From positions 23,660 to 87,659 of the forward strand of contig NZ_JAQUWN010000004.1 in assembly GCF_028692895.1 (NCBI RefSeq): a stretch of DNA of 64,000 nucleotides, in the 5' to 3' direction. Position 1 is the stretch's first letter. Each line of letters starts with the position of its first letter. The stretch is from Pseudodesulfovibrio sp. GTDB lineage: Bacteria; Desulfobacterota; Desulfovibrionia; Desulfovibrionales; Desulfovibrionaceae. Below the pieces are notes generated by a model. It had not been told where the DNA came from, made no database searches, and saw nothing but the letters and a program-made list of their open reading frames with translations. Positions 49,819-58,476 of this stretch are shown piece after piece. The position numbers were made by a program, and so were the translations under genes.

Positions 49819-50778
49819 CTAGCCGTCATACAGCCAGCAGGCGACCTGCACGCCGGGCTCCACTTCCCGGAGCTCCGGCCGCTCGGCCGGGCACTTGTCG
49901 AAGGCCTTGGGACAGCGCGGGTGGAAGGGGCAGCCCGAGGGCGGGTTCATGGGGCTCGGCAGGTCGCCCGTGAGCGGGATGCGTTCGGGACGGCGCTTGG
50001 GGTCCGGGACCAGCACGGCCGAGAGCAGGGCCTCGGTGTAGGGGTGCCTGGGCGAGGCGAAGAGCTTTTCGCTCGGGGCCAGTTCCATGATCCGGCCCAG
50101 GTACATGACCGCCACCCGGTCCGAGATGTGGCTGATCACGGACAGGTCGTGGGAGATGAACACGTAAGTCAGGCCGAAGCGGGCCTGGAGGTCGCGCAGC
50201 AGGCTCAGGACCTGGGCCTGGACCGAGACGTCCAAGGCCGAGACCGGCTCGTCGCAGACAACGAGGTCCGGGTCCAGGGCCAGTGTGCGGGCCACGGCCA
50301 CGCGCTGACGCTGGCCGCCGGAAAATTCGTGCGGGTAGCGCGCCCCGTGCTCGGGCAGGAGGCCGACCAGCCCCAGCAGTTCCTCCACCCTGGCATTGCG
50401 CTCGGCCGGGGCGCCGATCTTGTGGATGTCCAGCCCCTCGCGGATGATGGAGCCGATCTTCTGGCGCGGGTTGAGGGAGGAATAGGGGTCCTGGAAGATC
50501 ATCTGCATGTGGCGGCGCAGCTCGGTTTCATTCCACTCGGCCATTGGCCGGCCCTCGAAGACCACCTCGCCGGAGGTCACGGACTCCAGGCCCATGACGC
50601 ACTTGGCCAGGGTGGACTTGCCGCAGCCGGATTCGCCCACCAGGCCGAGGGTTTCGCCACGCTCCACGCGCAGGGACACGCCGTCCACGGCGCGCACGGT
50701 GTCCGATTGCAGGCCGAGCAGGCCGCTGCTGACGCGGTAGAGCTTGCGCACCTCGACGAGTTCGAGCAGGGCGGGCAT
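49819..50778 (-). CDS. oligopeptide/dipeptide-type ABC transporter ATP-binding protein (OppF/DppF-like)
   Basis: GESGCGKST, LSGGQRQR and the C-terminal oligo_HPY domain (RHPYT...GCPFHPRCP). Confidence 0.92.
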   Translation of the reverse strand: MPALLELVEVRKLYRVSSGLLGLQSDTVRAVDGVSLRVERGETLGLVGESGCGKSTLAKCVMGLESVTSGEVVFEGRPMAEWNETELRRHMQMIFQDPYSSLNPRQKIGSIIREGLDIHKIGAPAERNARVEELLGLVGLLPEHGARYPHEFSGGQRQRVAVARTLALDPDLVVCDEPVSALDVSVQAQVLSLLRDLQARFGLTYVFISHDLSVISHISDRVAVMYLGRIMELAPSEKLFASPRHPYTEALLSAVLVPDPKRRPERIPLTGDLPSPMNPPSGCPFHPRCPKAFDKCPAERPELREVEPGVQVACWLYDG

Positions 50779-50779
50779 G

Positions 50780-51757
50780 TCAGTTGACCTCGTCTTCGTA
50801 GAGCCAGCAGCGGACGTGGCGGCCGGGCGCGGCCTGCCGGAGCGGCGGCAGGATCAGGGAGCACTTGGGGAATGCCCTGGGGCAGCGCGGGTGGAATCGG
50901 CACCCCTCGGGCAGGTCGAAGATGGAGGGAACGACGCCGGGAATGGGACGCAGGGCCGAGCGGTCGCCCAGGGTGGGCACCGAGGCCAGGAGCCCCTTGG
51001 TGTACGGGTGCAGCGGCTTTTCGTACAGCGACGCGGCGTCCGAGAGCTCCACCACCTTGCCCGAGTACATGACCGCCACCCGGTCCGCCATGCGCGCCAC
51101 CACGCCGAGGTCGTGGGTGATGAGCATGAGCGAGCCGTTCATCCGCGCCTTGAGGTCGTTCATCAGGTCCAGGATCTGGGCCTGGATGGTCACGTCCAGG
51201 GCTGTGGTCGGCTCGTCGGCGATGAGCAGGTCCGGGGCGCAGGCCAGGGCCATGGCGATCATGACCCGCTGGCGCATGCCGCCGGAAAGCTCGTGGGGAT
51301 AGGCCCGGGCGACCTTTTTCGGGTTCGGGATGCCGACTTGGGCCAGGGCGTCGGCCGCCTTGTCCAGGGCCTGCCGGTGCGTCAGCCCCCGGTGCAGGAC
51401 CAGCGGCTCGGCGATCTGGTCGTCGATGCGGAAGACCGGGTTGAGCGAGGTCATGGGCTCCTGGAAGATCATGGAGATGGCGTTGCCCCGGATGCGGCGC
51501 AACTCGCGCTCGTCCATGTCCAGCAGGTCCTCGCCCCGGTAGAGCACGCCGCCCTCGGTGACGCGGCCCGGCGGGTCCGGCACCAGGCCGAGGACCGACA
51601 GGGCGAGCACGGTCTTGCCGCAGCCTGATTCGCCCACCACGGCCAGGGTTTCCCCTTGCATAATGGTGAGGCTGACGGTATCCACCGCCTTGGCGATGCC
51701 GCGCGGGGAGGAAAAGCAGGTGGTCAGCCCGCGAATGTCGAGTAGGGTGTCGCTCAT
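50780..51757 (-). CDS. oligopeptide/dipeptide-type ABC transporter ATP-binding protein (OppD/DppD-like)
   Basis: 325 aa from [11 protein letters not shown], with [16 protein letters not shown] and HPYT...GCRFHPRCP. The rest of the 811-aa ORF is antisense to trmFO. Confidence 0.92.
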   Translation of the reverse strand: MSDTLLDIRGLTTCFSSPRGIAKAVDTVSLTIMQGETLAVVGESGCGKTVLALSVLGLVPDPPGRVTEGGVLYRGEDLLDMDERELRRIRGNAISMIFQEPMTSLNPVFRIDDQIAEPLVLHRGLTHRQALDKAADALAQVGIPNPKKVARAYPHELSGGMRQRVMIAMALACAPDLLIADEPTTALDVTIQAQILDLMNDLKARMNGSLMLITHDLGVVARMADRVAVMYSGKVVELSDAASLYEKPLHPYTKGLLASVPTLGDRSALRPIPGVVPSIFDLPEGCRFHPRCPRAFPKCSLILPPLRQAAPGRHVRCWLYEDEVN

Positions 51758-51835
51758 GGAAAATTTCACCGGTCCGCCGTTTTCGGATGCTATACGGCAT
51801 ATCTCGGCGGACGTAAACGATACCGGGGATTGGAA

Positions 51836-53176
51836 ATGGCGAAGGTGATCGTTGTCGGCGGCGGCCTGGCCGGGTGCGACTGCGCGTGGCGGCTGGCCGG
51901 CGCGGGCATCGAGGTCGAGCTTTACGAAATGAAGCCGGACAAGCGGTCCGAGGCGCACCTGGAGGACGGCCTGGCCGAGCTGATCTGCTCCAACTCCTTC
52001 CGCGCCACCGGACCGGCGGCGGCCATCGGCCTGCTCAAGCTGGAGCTGGACGAGCTGGGCAGCCTGGTCATGGAGGCGGCCCACGCCACCGAGGTCCCGG
52101 CGGGCGGCGCCCTGGCCGTGGACCGGACGCTGTTCTCCGAGTACGTCACCGAAAAGATCGAGAACCACCCGAACATCCGGGTGGTGCGCCGCGAGGTCGC
52201 CTCCCTGGACGACCCGGCCCTGGCGGGCGCGGACGCCGTGGTCGTGGCGGCCGGCCCCCTGGCCAGCGAGGAACTGGCCAAGAGCCTGATGGACGCCGTG
52301 GGCGACGCGCGCCTCTATTTCTATGACGCCATCGCGCCCATCATCTCCCGCGACTCCGTCGATTTCGACAAGGCCTTCTGGGGCTCCCGCTGGAAGCCCG
52401 AGGATGACGACTACCTGAACTGCCCCATGGACGAGGCCGAGTACAAGGCCTTTGTGGCCGAGCTGCTGGCCGGGGAAAAGGTCAAGCCGCGCGCCTTCGA
52501 GAAGGAGATTCACTTCGAGGCCTGCCTGCCCGTGGAGGCCATGGCCGAGCGCGGGGAGATGACCCTGGCCTTCGGCCCTCTCAAACCCGTGGGGTTCACG
52601 GACCCGCGCACCGGGCAGCGGCCCTTCGCCATCGTTCAGTTGCGCGCCGAGAACCGGGACAAGACCGCCTTCAACCTCGTTGGTTTTCAGACCAAGCTCA
52701 AGTACCCGGAGCAGCAACGCATCTTTCGCATGATCCCCGGCCTGGAGAACGCCGAGTTCCTGCGCCTGGGCTCCATCCATCGCAACACCTACGTCAACGC
52801 GCCCGAGGTCCTGGACGACGATCTCCAGCTCAGGGCGCGCCCCGGCTTTTACCTCGCCGGGCAGATCACCGGGGTGGAGGGCTATCTGGAATCCGCCGCC
52901 TGCGGCCTTTGGGTGGGCCTCTCGCTGGCCGCGAGGCTCACGGGCGCACCCGTGGCCGTCCCGCCGCGGGAAACCGCCCTGGGCGCGCTCCTGGGCCATC
53001 TGCGCACCAGGCCGGACAAGGTGTTCCAGCCCTCCAACGTCAATTTCGGGCTCATGCCGGGCCTGGAAGGGCGGATCAAGAAGAAATTCCGCAAGGAAGC
53101 CTACGGCGAGCGGGCTCGTGAGGCCTTCGCCGCCTGGCTGCGCGGGCAGGGGCTCGGCCAACCGGCCGGGGAATAG
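51836..53176 (+). CDS. trmFO: methylenetetrahydrofolate--tRNA-(uracil(54)-C(5))-methyltransferase TrmFO
   Basis: VIVVGGGLAGCD FAD motif and the TrmFO/Gid length and motifs. Confidence 0.93.
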   Translation: MAKVIVVGGGLAGCDCAWRLAGAGIEVELYEMKPDKRSEAHLEDGLAELICSNSFRATGPAAAIGLLKLELDELGSLVMEAAHATEVPAGGALAVDRTLFSEYVTEKIENHPNIRVVRREVASLDDPALAGADAVVVAAGPLASEELAKSLMDAVGDARLYFYDAIAPIISRDSVDFDKAFWGSRWKPEDDDYLNCPMDEAEYKAFVAELLAGEKVKPRAFEKEIHFEACLPVEAMAERGEMTLAFGPLKPVGFTDPRTGQRPFAIVQLRAENRDKTAFNLVGFQTKLKYPEQQRIFRMIPGLENAEFLRLGSIHRNTYVNAPEVLDDDLQLRARPGFYLAGQITGVEGYLESAACGLWVGLSLAARLTGAPVAVPPRETALGALLGHLRTRPDKVFQPSNVNFGLMPGLEGRIKKKFRKEAYGERAREAFAAWLRGQGLGQPAGE

Positions 53177-53255
53177 CCCGCATCGGGTGTTGCCAACCCG
53201 GACCCTTTTTCGCATGCTGGCGAATCAACCAGCGTAATCACGGAGTGAATCCATC

Positions 53256-54554
53256 ATGGACGAGAAGCAACTCGGACCCCAGACCCTGGCCCTGCACGCC
53301 GGGCACACGCCGGACGCCACCGGCTCCCGCGCCGTGCCCGTGCACCTGACTACGGCCTATCTCTTCAAGGACGCGGCCCACGCCGCCAATCTCTTTTCCC
53401 TCAAGGAGCCGGGCTACATCTATACCCGGCTGAACAACCCGACCACCGAGGTCATGGAGAAGCGGCTGGCCGCCCTGCACCACGGGGCCGGGGCCGTGGC
53501 CACGGCATCGGGCATGGCCGCCATCTTCTACGCCGTGACCACCATCGTCTCGGCCGGGCAGAACCTGGTCACCGGCTCCAACCTCTACGGCGGGACCCAG
53601 ACCCTGTTCGAGCATACCCTGAAGCGGTTCGGCATCGAGGCCCGGTTCGTGGACTCGTCCGACCCGGCCAACTTCGAGGCGGCCATCGACGAAAACACCC
53701 GCCTGGTCTACAGCGAGGCCATCGGCAACCCGCGCTGCAACGTGGACGACCTGCCCGGCATCGCCGAGGTCGCCCATCGCCACGGCCTGCCGTTCATCCT
53801 CGACGCCACCGTGGCCCCGCCGCCGGTCTTCGATCCCTTTGCCGTGGGGTGCGACATCGCGGTCCACTCCCTGACCAAGATCATCGGCGGCCACGGCACG
53901 GCCATGGGCGGCGGCATCGTGGAGAAGGGCGACTTCGACTGGGCGGCCGGGAATCGCTACCCCGAGCTGACCGCGCCCGATCCCACCTACCACGGCATCA
54001 ACCTGTGGGAGACCCTGGGCGGCGGCAGCGGGCCGTGCCCGATCTTCACCACCAAGGTGCGCATCGGCATGCTCCGCGACACCGGCGCAACCATCTCGCC
54101 CATGAACAGCTTCTTGATCCTCCAGGGCATGGAGACCCTGCCCATGCGGGCGCGGCTGCATTGCGAAAATGCACGCAAGGTGGCGGAGTTCCTGGCGAAA
54201 CACCCTGACGTGGCCTGGGTGAACTACGCGGGCCTGCCCAGCCACCCGGACCATGACCGGGCGGCGCGGACCTTCCCGCTCGGGCCGGGCGCGGTCTTCG
54301 GCTTCGGCATCAGAGGCGGAGTGGAGGCTGGGCGCAAATTCATCGAGTCGGTCAAGCTCTGCTCCCACCTTGCCAACATCCTGGACGCCAAGACCCTGGT
54401 CATCCATCCGGCCACCACCACCCACGGCCAGTCCACGCCCGAGGAACAGCTCGCGGCGGGCGTGCCGCCGGACCTGATCCGCATCTCCGTGGGCCTGGAG
54501 GACGCGGCGGACATCATCGCCGACCTGGACCAGGCGTTGGCGCATTCCAGATAG
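53256..54554 (+). CDS. metY: O-acetylhomoserine aminocarboxypropyltransferase/cysteine synthase family (PLP-dependent)
   Basis: 432 aa with the Cys/Met-metabolism PLP family motif (HSLTKIIGGHG). Confidence 0.92.
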   Translation: MDEKQLGPQTLALHAGHTPDATGSRAVPVHLTTAYLFKDAAHAANLFSLKEPGYIYTRLNNPTTEVMEKRLAALHHGAGAVATASGMAAIFYAVTTIVSAGQNLVTGSNLYGGTQTLFEHTLKRFGIEARFVDSSDPANFEAAIDENTRLVYSEAIGNPRCNVDDLPGIAEVAHRHGLPFILDATVAPPPVFDPFAVGCDIAVHSLTKIIGGHGTAMGGGIVEKGDFDWAAGNRYPELTAPDPTYHGINLWETLGGGSGPCPIFTTKVRIGMLRDTGATISPMNSFLILQGMETLPMRARLHCENARKVAEFLAKHPDVAWVNYAGLPSHPDHDRAARTFPLGPGAVFGFGIRGGVEAGRKFIESVKLCSHLANILDAKTLVIHPATTTHGQSTPEEQLAAGVPPDLIRISVGLEDAADIIADLDQALAHSR

Positions 54555-54581
54555 CCGCGAATAGATCGATAAATATAAGTG

Positions 54582-54615
54582 AAGGCTCTCTCCTGAGTAA
54601 GGAGAGGGCCTTTTT
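54582..54615 (+). terminator. Rho-independent terminator after metY
   Basis: 11-bp stem GGCTCTCTCCT/AGGAGAGGGCC (one G-U pair) followed by TTTTT. Confidence 0.7.
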
Positions 54616-54626
54616 CTTAATATTTA

Positions 54627-54655
54627 TTGATTTCAATGTAATTATTTCATATTTA
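54627..54655 (+). promoter_or_regulatory. candidate sigma-70 promoter in an AT-rich spacer (TTGATT-N17-TATTTA)
   Basis: Hexamer match only. The surrounding 54617-54665 is strikingly AT-rich for this genome. Confidence 0.3.
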
Positions 54656-54738
54656 AGTGTTTGTCGATGCCGTGGGGGCGGTATCATCTTGAAACTGTTG
54701 CCATTATTCCATTCACGGGATTTGACAGAGGGTGTTCC

Positions 54739-56985
54739 ATGCGAAAAAATGTTTTGTTGGCGGTGGCTTTCTGTTGCCTTCTGCCGCTCCTGTCCGCCTG
54801 CCAGGCGGGCAAGAACGGCCAGTCGGGTTATAATATGTTCTATACCCCGGAAGACCACGTTCAGGATCTGGTGGTTCAGGAGAAGTTCGACGCCGCCGCC
54901 GCGGTCTACGACCAGGAGCGGGAATGGTTCGCCGCCAACGCGGCCGATCCCGATGTCCAGCTCCTGTTGGGCAAGCTGTCCCAGGCCATGGACGCCCGGT
55001 TCGAGGCCCTGCTGGCCGAGGAGACCGCGAAGGTGGCGGGGCTGCAATGGCCATGTCCCCAGTCCGACTGGGCCGGGGCCAAGGAGAGCCTGCAGGGGCT
55101 GGACGACGTCATCTTCAAGATGGAGGCCATTAAGCTCTTCACCAGGTCCGAATACCGCCCGGCGGAGCTGGACGGGGCCAAGGTCTTGTTGCAGGAAAAG
55201 CGCACGGCCATGACGAAGGGCGCTGCGGAGGCATTTGCCGCCTATCCACTGGCGACCGCACCGGATTTCTTCGCCGAGTATCCCGTTTCCGTCGACGCCG
55301 CCTCCGTCCTTTCCGAAGGGAAGGCGGCCTGGGACGGCGCGGTGGCCAAGGCCGACGACAAGGGGCTGCTCCAGCTCTCCACCGTCTACGGCGCGGTCCT
55401 GCCGGACGAGATGAAGAAGGAGCTCGGCGCGGCCTATTTCGCCAAGCTCTGCACCAACGCGCGGAAGGCGGACGTGCCGAAGCTCCTTGCCGCCTACGCC
55501 AAGGTCGGCGAGGCCGGGCTCACCCTCGACGCCGTGCCGGGCGTGAAGATCGCCTTCCTGGAAGTGACCAGCGACACCCTCAAGAAGAAGGGCGTCATCG
55601 AATTTCCCGTGGCCGTGGACCTGGACATGCCCTTCGAGGCGTCCGCCGCGGACCTCAAGCAGGGGTTCGAGAGCAAGGCGGTCAAGGAGGCGGACATCGT
55701 CATCCTCTTCAACCTGGCCATGACCCGGACCAACCGGCGCGTGGACACCAGCAACTACGTCAAGTCCACCTACCTGGCCGGATACAAGGAAGTGAACAAT
55801 CCGGACTGGGACGTGCTCCAGGTGGAATTGCAGCAGGCGAACGTGGAGTACATGACCGCCTCCGCCAAGGAGGGGACCACTTCGGCCGGCACCGACCTTT
55901 TCGGAGCCCTGGGCAAGGTCATCGGGGATTACGGGTTGTCGCTGAAGACCGAAGAGGCCAAGAAGAAGATGGAGGACCTCAAGAAGAAGGTCGCCGAGAC
56001 CCCCCGCTACAACAAGGAGCCCGTGTACGAGGAATACCCGTACCAGCGCGTGGAGGTGGAATCGGTCAAGACCGGCTCGGTGCAGTACTACGTCATCGAC
56101 AAGCGCAAGAAGCGCTACTACTCCGACTTCTTCGACATCCGCTCCCAGGAGTTTTTCACCGTCGCCTACAACCTCCAGGATTCCGACCCCAACCTCGACG
56201 AGATCCGGAACACCAACGTTACCGAGAAGGACCTGGACCAGTTCGAGTCCCAGGCGGTCAGGGTCAAGCTCTCCGAGCTGCTCGACCACTATGCGTCCCA
56301 CAAGGGCAAATCGCGTTCCTACGTCTCCATGGACGTCATTCGCCGGGACATCATCAAGAACCGCAACGTGGCCGTGGCCAGCACCAAGAAGGAGGACTAC
56401 GGCTTCGACAGGCGCGATGACAAGCGGTTCGAAAGCGTGGTCGTGGTCCGGAATTCCAAAGGGCTGGGCTCCGGCTTCTACGTCACCACCGACATGGTCC
56501 TGACCAACTATCACGTGGTCGAGGAGCAGAAGTTCATCGAGATGAAGAAGTGGGACAAGACCGAGACCTTCGGCAAGGTCGTGGCCAAGGACGTCCGGCT
56601 CGACCTCGCTTTGGTCAAGGTGCAGGACCGTGGCGCGCCCGTGACCTTCTACGACCAGAAGGAGGTCAAGCTGGGCGACAACGTGGAGGCCATCGGCCAC
56701 CCGGAAGGCGTCGACTTCACGCTCACGCGAGGCGTCATCAGCAGCGTGCGGGAGCACACCTCCATCATGGGGGTCAAGGGCAAGCCGGTCCTGTTCATTC
56801 AGACGGACACCGCCATCAACCACGGCAATTCCGGCGGACCGCTCTTTCTTGGCCGGTTTGTGATCGGTGTCAATGATTGGGGATGGGACCCGAATGTCGC
56901 CGTAGGTTTGAACTTCAGCATCCACTATTCCGAAGTCTTCAAGTTCCTGAACGATAACAGCGTAGCCTACAGGAAGGGTCACTAA
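54739..56985 (+). CDS. lipoprotein with a C-terminal trypsin-like (S1C/DegP-type) serine protease domain
   Basis: Lipobox LLSAC after MRKNVLLAVAFCC. An N-terminal region of about 550 aa is unrecognised. The C-terminal domain carries the triad context TNYHVV / DLALVKV / GNSGGPL. Confidence 0.85.
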   Translation: MRKNVLLAVAFCCLLPLLSACQAGKNGQSGYNMFYTPEDHVQDLVVQEKFDAAAAVYDQEREWFAANAADPDVQLLLGKLSQAMDARFEALLAEETAKVAGLQWPCPQSDWAGAKESLQGLDDVIFKMEAIKLFTRSEYRPAELDGAKVLLQEKRTAMTKGAAEAFAAYPLATAPDFFAEYPVSVDAASVLSEGKAAWDGAVAKADDKGLLQLSTVYGAVLPDEMKKELGAAYFAKLCTNARKADVPKLLAAYAKVGEAGLTLDAVPGVKIAFLEVTSDTLKKKGVIEFPVAVDLDMPFEASAADLKQGFESKAVKEADIVILFNLAMTRTNRRVDTSNYVKSTYLAGYKEVNNPDWDVLQVELQQANVEYMTASAKEGTTSAGTDLFGALGKVIGDYGLSLKTEEAKKKMEDLKKKVAETPRYNKEPVYEEYPYQRVEVESVKTGSVQYYVIDKRKKRYYSDFFDIRSQEFFTVAYNLQDSDPNLDEIRNTNVTEKDLDQFESQAVRVKLSELLDHYASHKGKSRSYVSMDVIRRDIIKNRNVAVASTKKEDYGFDRRDDKRFESVVVVRNSKGLGSGFYVTTDMVLTNYHVVEEQKFIEMKKWDKTETFGKVVAKDVRLDLALVKVQDRGAPVTFYDQKEVKLGDNVEAIGHPEGVDFTLTRGVISSVREHTSIMGVKGKPVLFIQTDTAINHGNSGGPLFLGRFVIGVNDWGWDPNVAVGLNFSIHYSEVFKFLNDNSVAYRKGH

Positions 56986-57740
56986 TGCGACGCACTACCA
57001 CCACACTCTCTCTCGGAATCCTGGTTTTCCTGGTCCTGCTTGCGGGCTGCACGGCCTCCAAGAGCCGCATGGGCATGGTCCAGGCCCAGGACGGCCTGAT
57101 GTACGGCTCGGCCATGAGCAACCAGTTCATCGTGGATTCCAGCCTGTTCGTGAACAACAAGATCAAGCTGCGCATCCGCAACACCTCGGGCGATCCGTCC
57201 TTCGACCTGTACGGGTTCCAGCGCCAACTGGAGGACGCCTACCGGGGGCTGGGCTACGAGCCGGTCACCACCAACGACTTCGGCATTTTGCTGGACATCA
57301 ACGTCAAGTATTCCGGCCAGGTGCAGGAAGACATGCGCGATGAATTCCGCTTTGCCGGTGGCGCGCTGGGCGGCGTGGCCGGGGCGTACGACCCGATCCG
57401 CGAGGGCGAGGGGCGCGACGCCGTGGCCAAGGGCGCGGCGGGCCTCATCGTCGGGGCCACTCTGGGCTACATCATCGGCAGTTATGTCACCGACGACACC
57501 TATATCATTGCGGCCGACGTCTCCCTGGCCACCGTGGCCCCGCGCGAGGAGAACGACGGCACCACCATCGTCTTCGGCAAGGACGAGAAGATCAAGCGCA
57601 AGAAGAACAACTTCCGCGGCTTCCGCCAGCGCGAAACCCTGACCATGGCCGTCTACGCGGGCGGCCGCAACGTCAGCCAGTCGGAGATCGTCACCGGCGT
57701 GCGCGACCGTATGGTGCGCATCCTGCGCGACGTCATCTAG
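56985..57740 (+). CDS. traT: TraT-family complement-resistance/surface-exclusion-like outer-membrane lipoprotein
   Basis: Lipobox LLAGC. LRIRNTSGD, GYEPVTT, a Gly-rich hydrophobic core, YIIAADVSLA and the C-terminal ...RMVRILRDVI align along the whole length of F-plasmid TraT. ATGA overlap with the protease gene. Confidence 0.8.
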   Translation: MRRTTTTLSLGILVFLVLLAGCTASKSRMGMVQAQDGLMYGSAMSNQFIVDSSLFVNNKIKLRIRNTSGDPSFDLYGFQRQLEDAYRGLGYEPVTTNDFGILLDINVKYSGQVQEDMRDEFRFAGGALGGVAGAYDPIREGEGRDAVAKGAAGLIVGATLGYIIGSYVTDDTYIIAADVSLATVAPREENDGTTIVFGKDEKIKRKKNNFRGFRQRETLTMAVYAGGRNVSQSEIVTGVRDRMVRILRDVI

Positions 57741-57761
57741 CCCGGCGCATGAGCGAATAAG

Positions 57762-57793
57762 AAAAGGGCCCCGGATGACCGGGGCCCTTTTTT
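57762..57793. terminator. bidirectional terminator
   Basis: AAAA-GGGCCCCGG-ATGA-CCGGGGCCC-TTTTTT. Confidence 0.8.
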
Positions 57794-57814
57794 GTCGTCC
57801 GTGGCCGGACGCGC

Positions 57815-58150
57815 CTAGAAGAGGATTTTTTCCGGCGGACGGCGTTCTGGCACCACCCGTTTCTCGATGGTCCCCTCGTTGTAATCCTTGCTGACGTAGA
57901 GCGCGCAGAAGCAGGCGCCGTATTCCTTCACGTCCGCCTCGCGGTAGACGCATGGGCAGAGGATGTCCCGGTCCGCCTCCAGGTCGCCGTTGGCCAGGCG
58001 GCAGGGGCAGGCCATGTAGCCCAGCCGCTCCTTGTTGACGAGCAGGCTTTCCAGCAGCGGCATGGTCATGTTCTCCATGTCCGCGTTGAAGTGGTAGCCC
58101 TTGGGCTCCTGGAGCTTTTTCAGGGTCTCGTAAAGCTGCTTCGCATCCAT
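57815..58150 (-). CDS. ferredoxin-thioredoxin reductase catalytic-subunit-like protein (FTRc family)
   Basis: 111 aa from MDAKQLYE, with the CPC(R)...CPC...C.C cysteine pattern of FTR catalytic chains. Confidence 0.8.
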   Translation of the reverse strand: MDAKQLYETLKKLQEPKGYHFNADMENMTMPLLESLLVNKERLGYMACPCRLANGDLEADRDILCPCVYREADVKEYGACFCALYVSKDYNEGTIEKRVVPERRPPEKILF

Positions 58151-58152
58151 GG

Positions 58153-58404
58153 CTATTTCTCCAGCGCCGCGTCGATCTTCTCCTTGTTGAAGCCGACCAC
58201 CACCTTGTCCTTGATGACGAGGGTCGGGAAGGAGACCGAGGGGTTGTACCCCTTCACTTCCTCGACGGCCTTCCTGCGCTCGTCGCCGCTCAGTTCGTCC
58301 ACATGCACGCACTGGTACTTGACCCCGCATTCGTCGAGGTATTTTTTCGCGTTCCGGCAGTGGATGCAGGTGGAAAGGGCATAAACCTTGACGTCTTCAC
58401 TCAT
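58153..58404 (-). CDS. glutaredoxin-family small redox protein
   Basis: 83 aa with a VYALSTCIHC CxxC motif and a thioredoxin fold with the typical ...FPTL.I motif. Confidence 0.85.
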   Translation of the reverse strand: MSEDVKVYALSTCIHCRNAKKYLDECGVKYQCVHVDELSGDERRKAVEEVKGYNPSVSFPTLVIKDKVVVGFNKEKIDAALEK

Positions 58405-58476
58405 ATGGGCCGCCTCCGATCTGGTACGGTTGATATTGTCGCTTCCCGTGGGCCGCCGCGCTCCGGGCCGGGCGCG

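Noticed and set aside
51758-53215. N-terminal part of the 811-aa minus-strand ORF
   Set aside because: Only the 3' 325 codons are the OppD-like ATPase ([11 protein letters not shown] start). The remainder is antisense to trmFO.
54556-54582. Short similar motifs (CGAATAGA... / CGAATAAGA...) before the terminators flanking the protease-traT module, considered as insertion-site direct repeats (second copy near 57753-57762)
   Set aside because: Only about 8 nt are shared, which is well within chance. The GC content of the two genes is like the rest of the window, and no integrase or transposase is nearby.
54514-56982. 822-aa ORF on the minus strand
   Set aside because: It is antisense to the lipoprotein protease gene, which has a lipobox, an RBS and a catalytic triad. 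The antisense frame has none of these.
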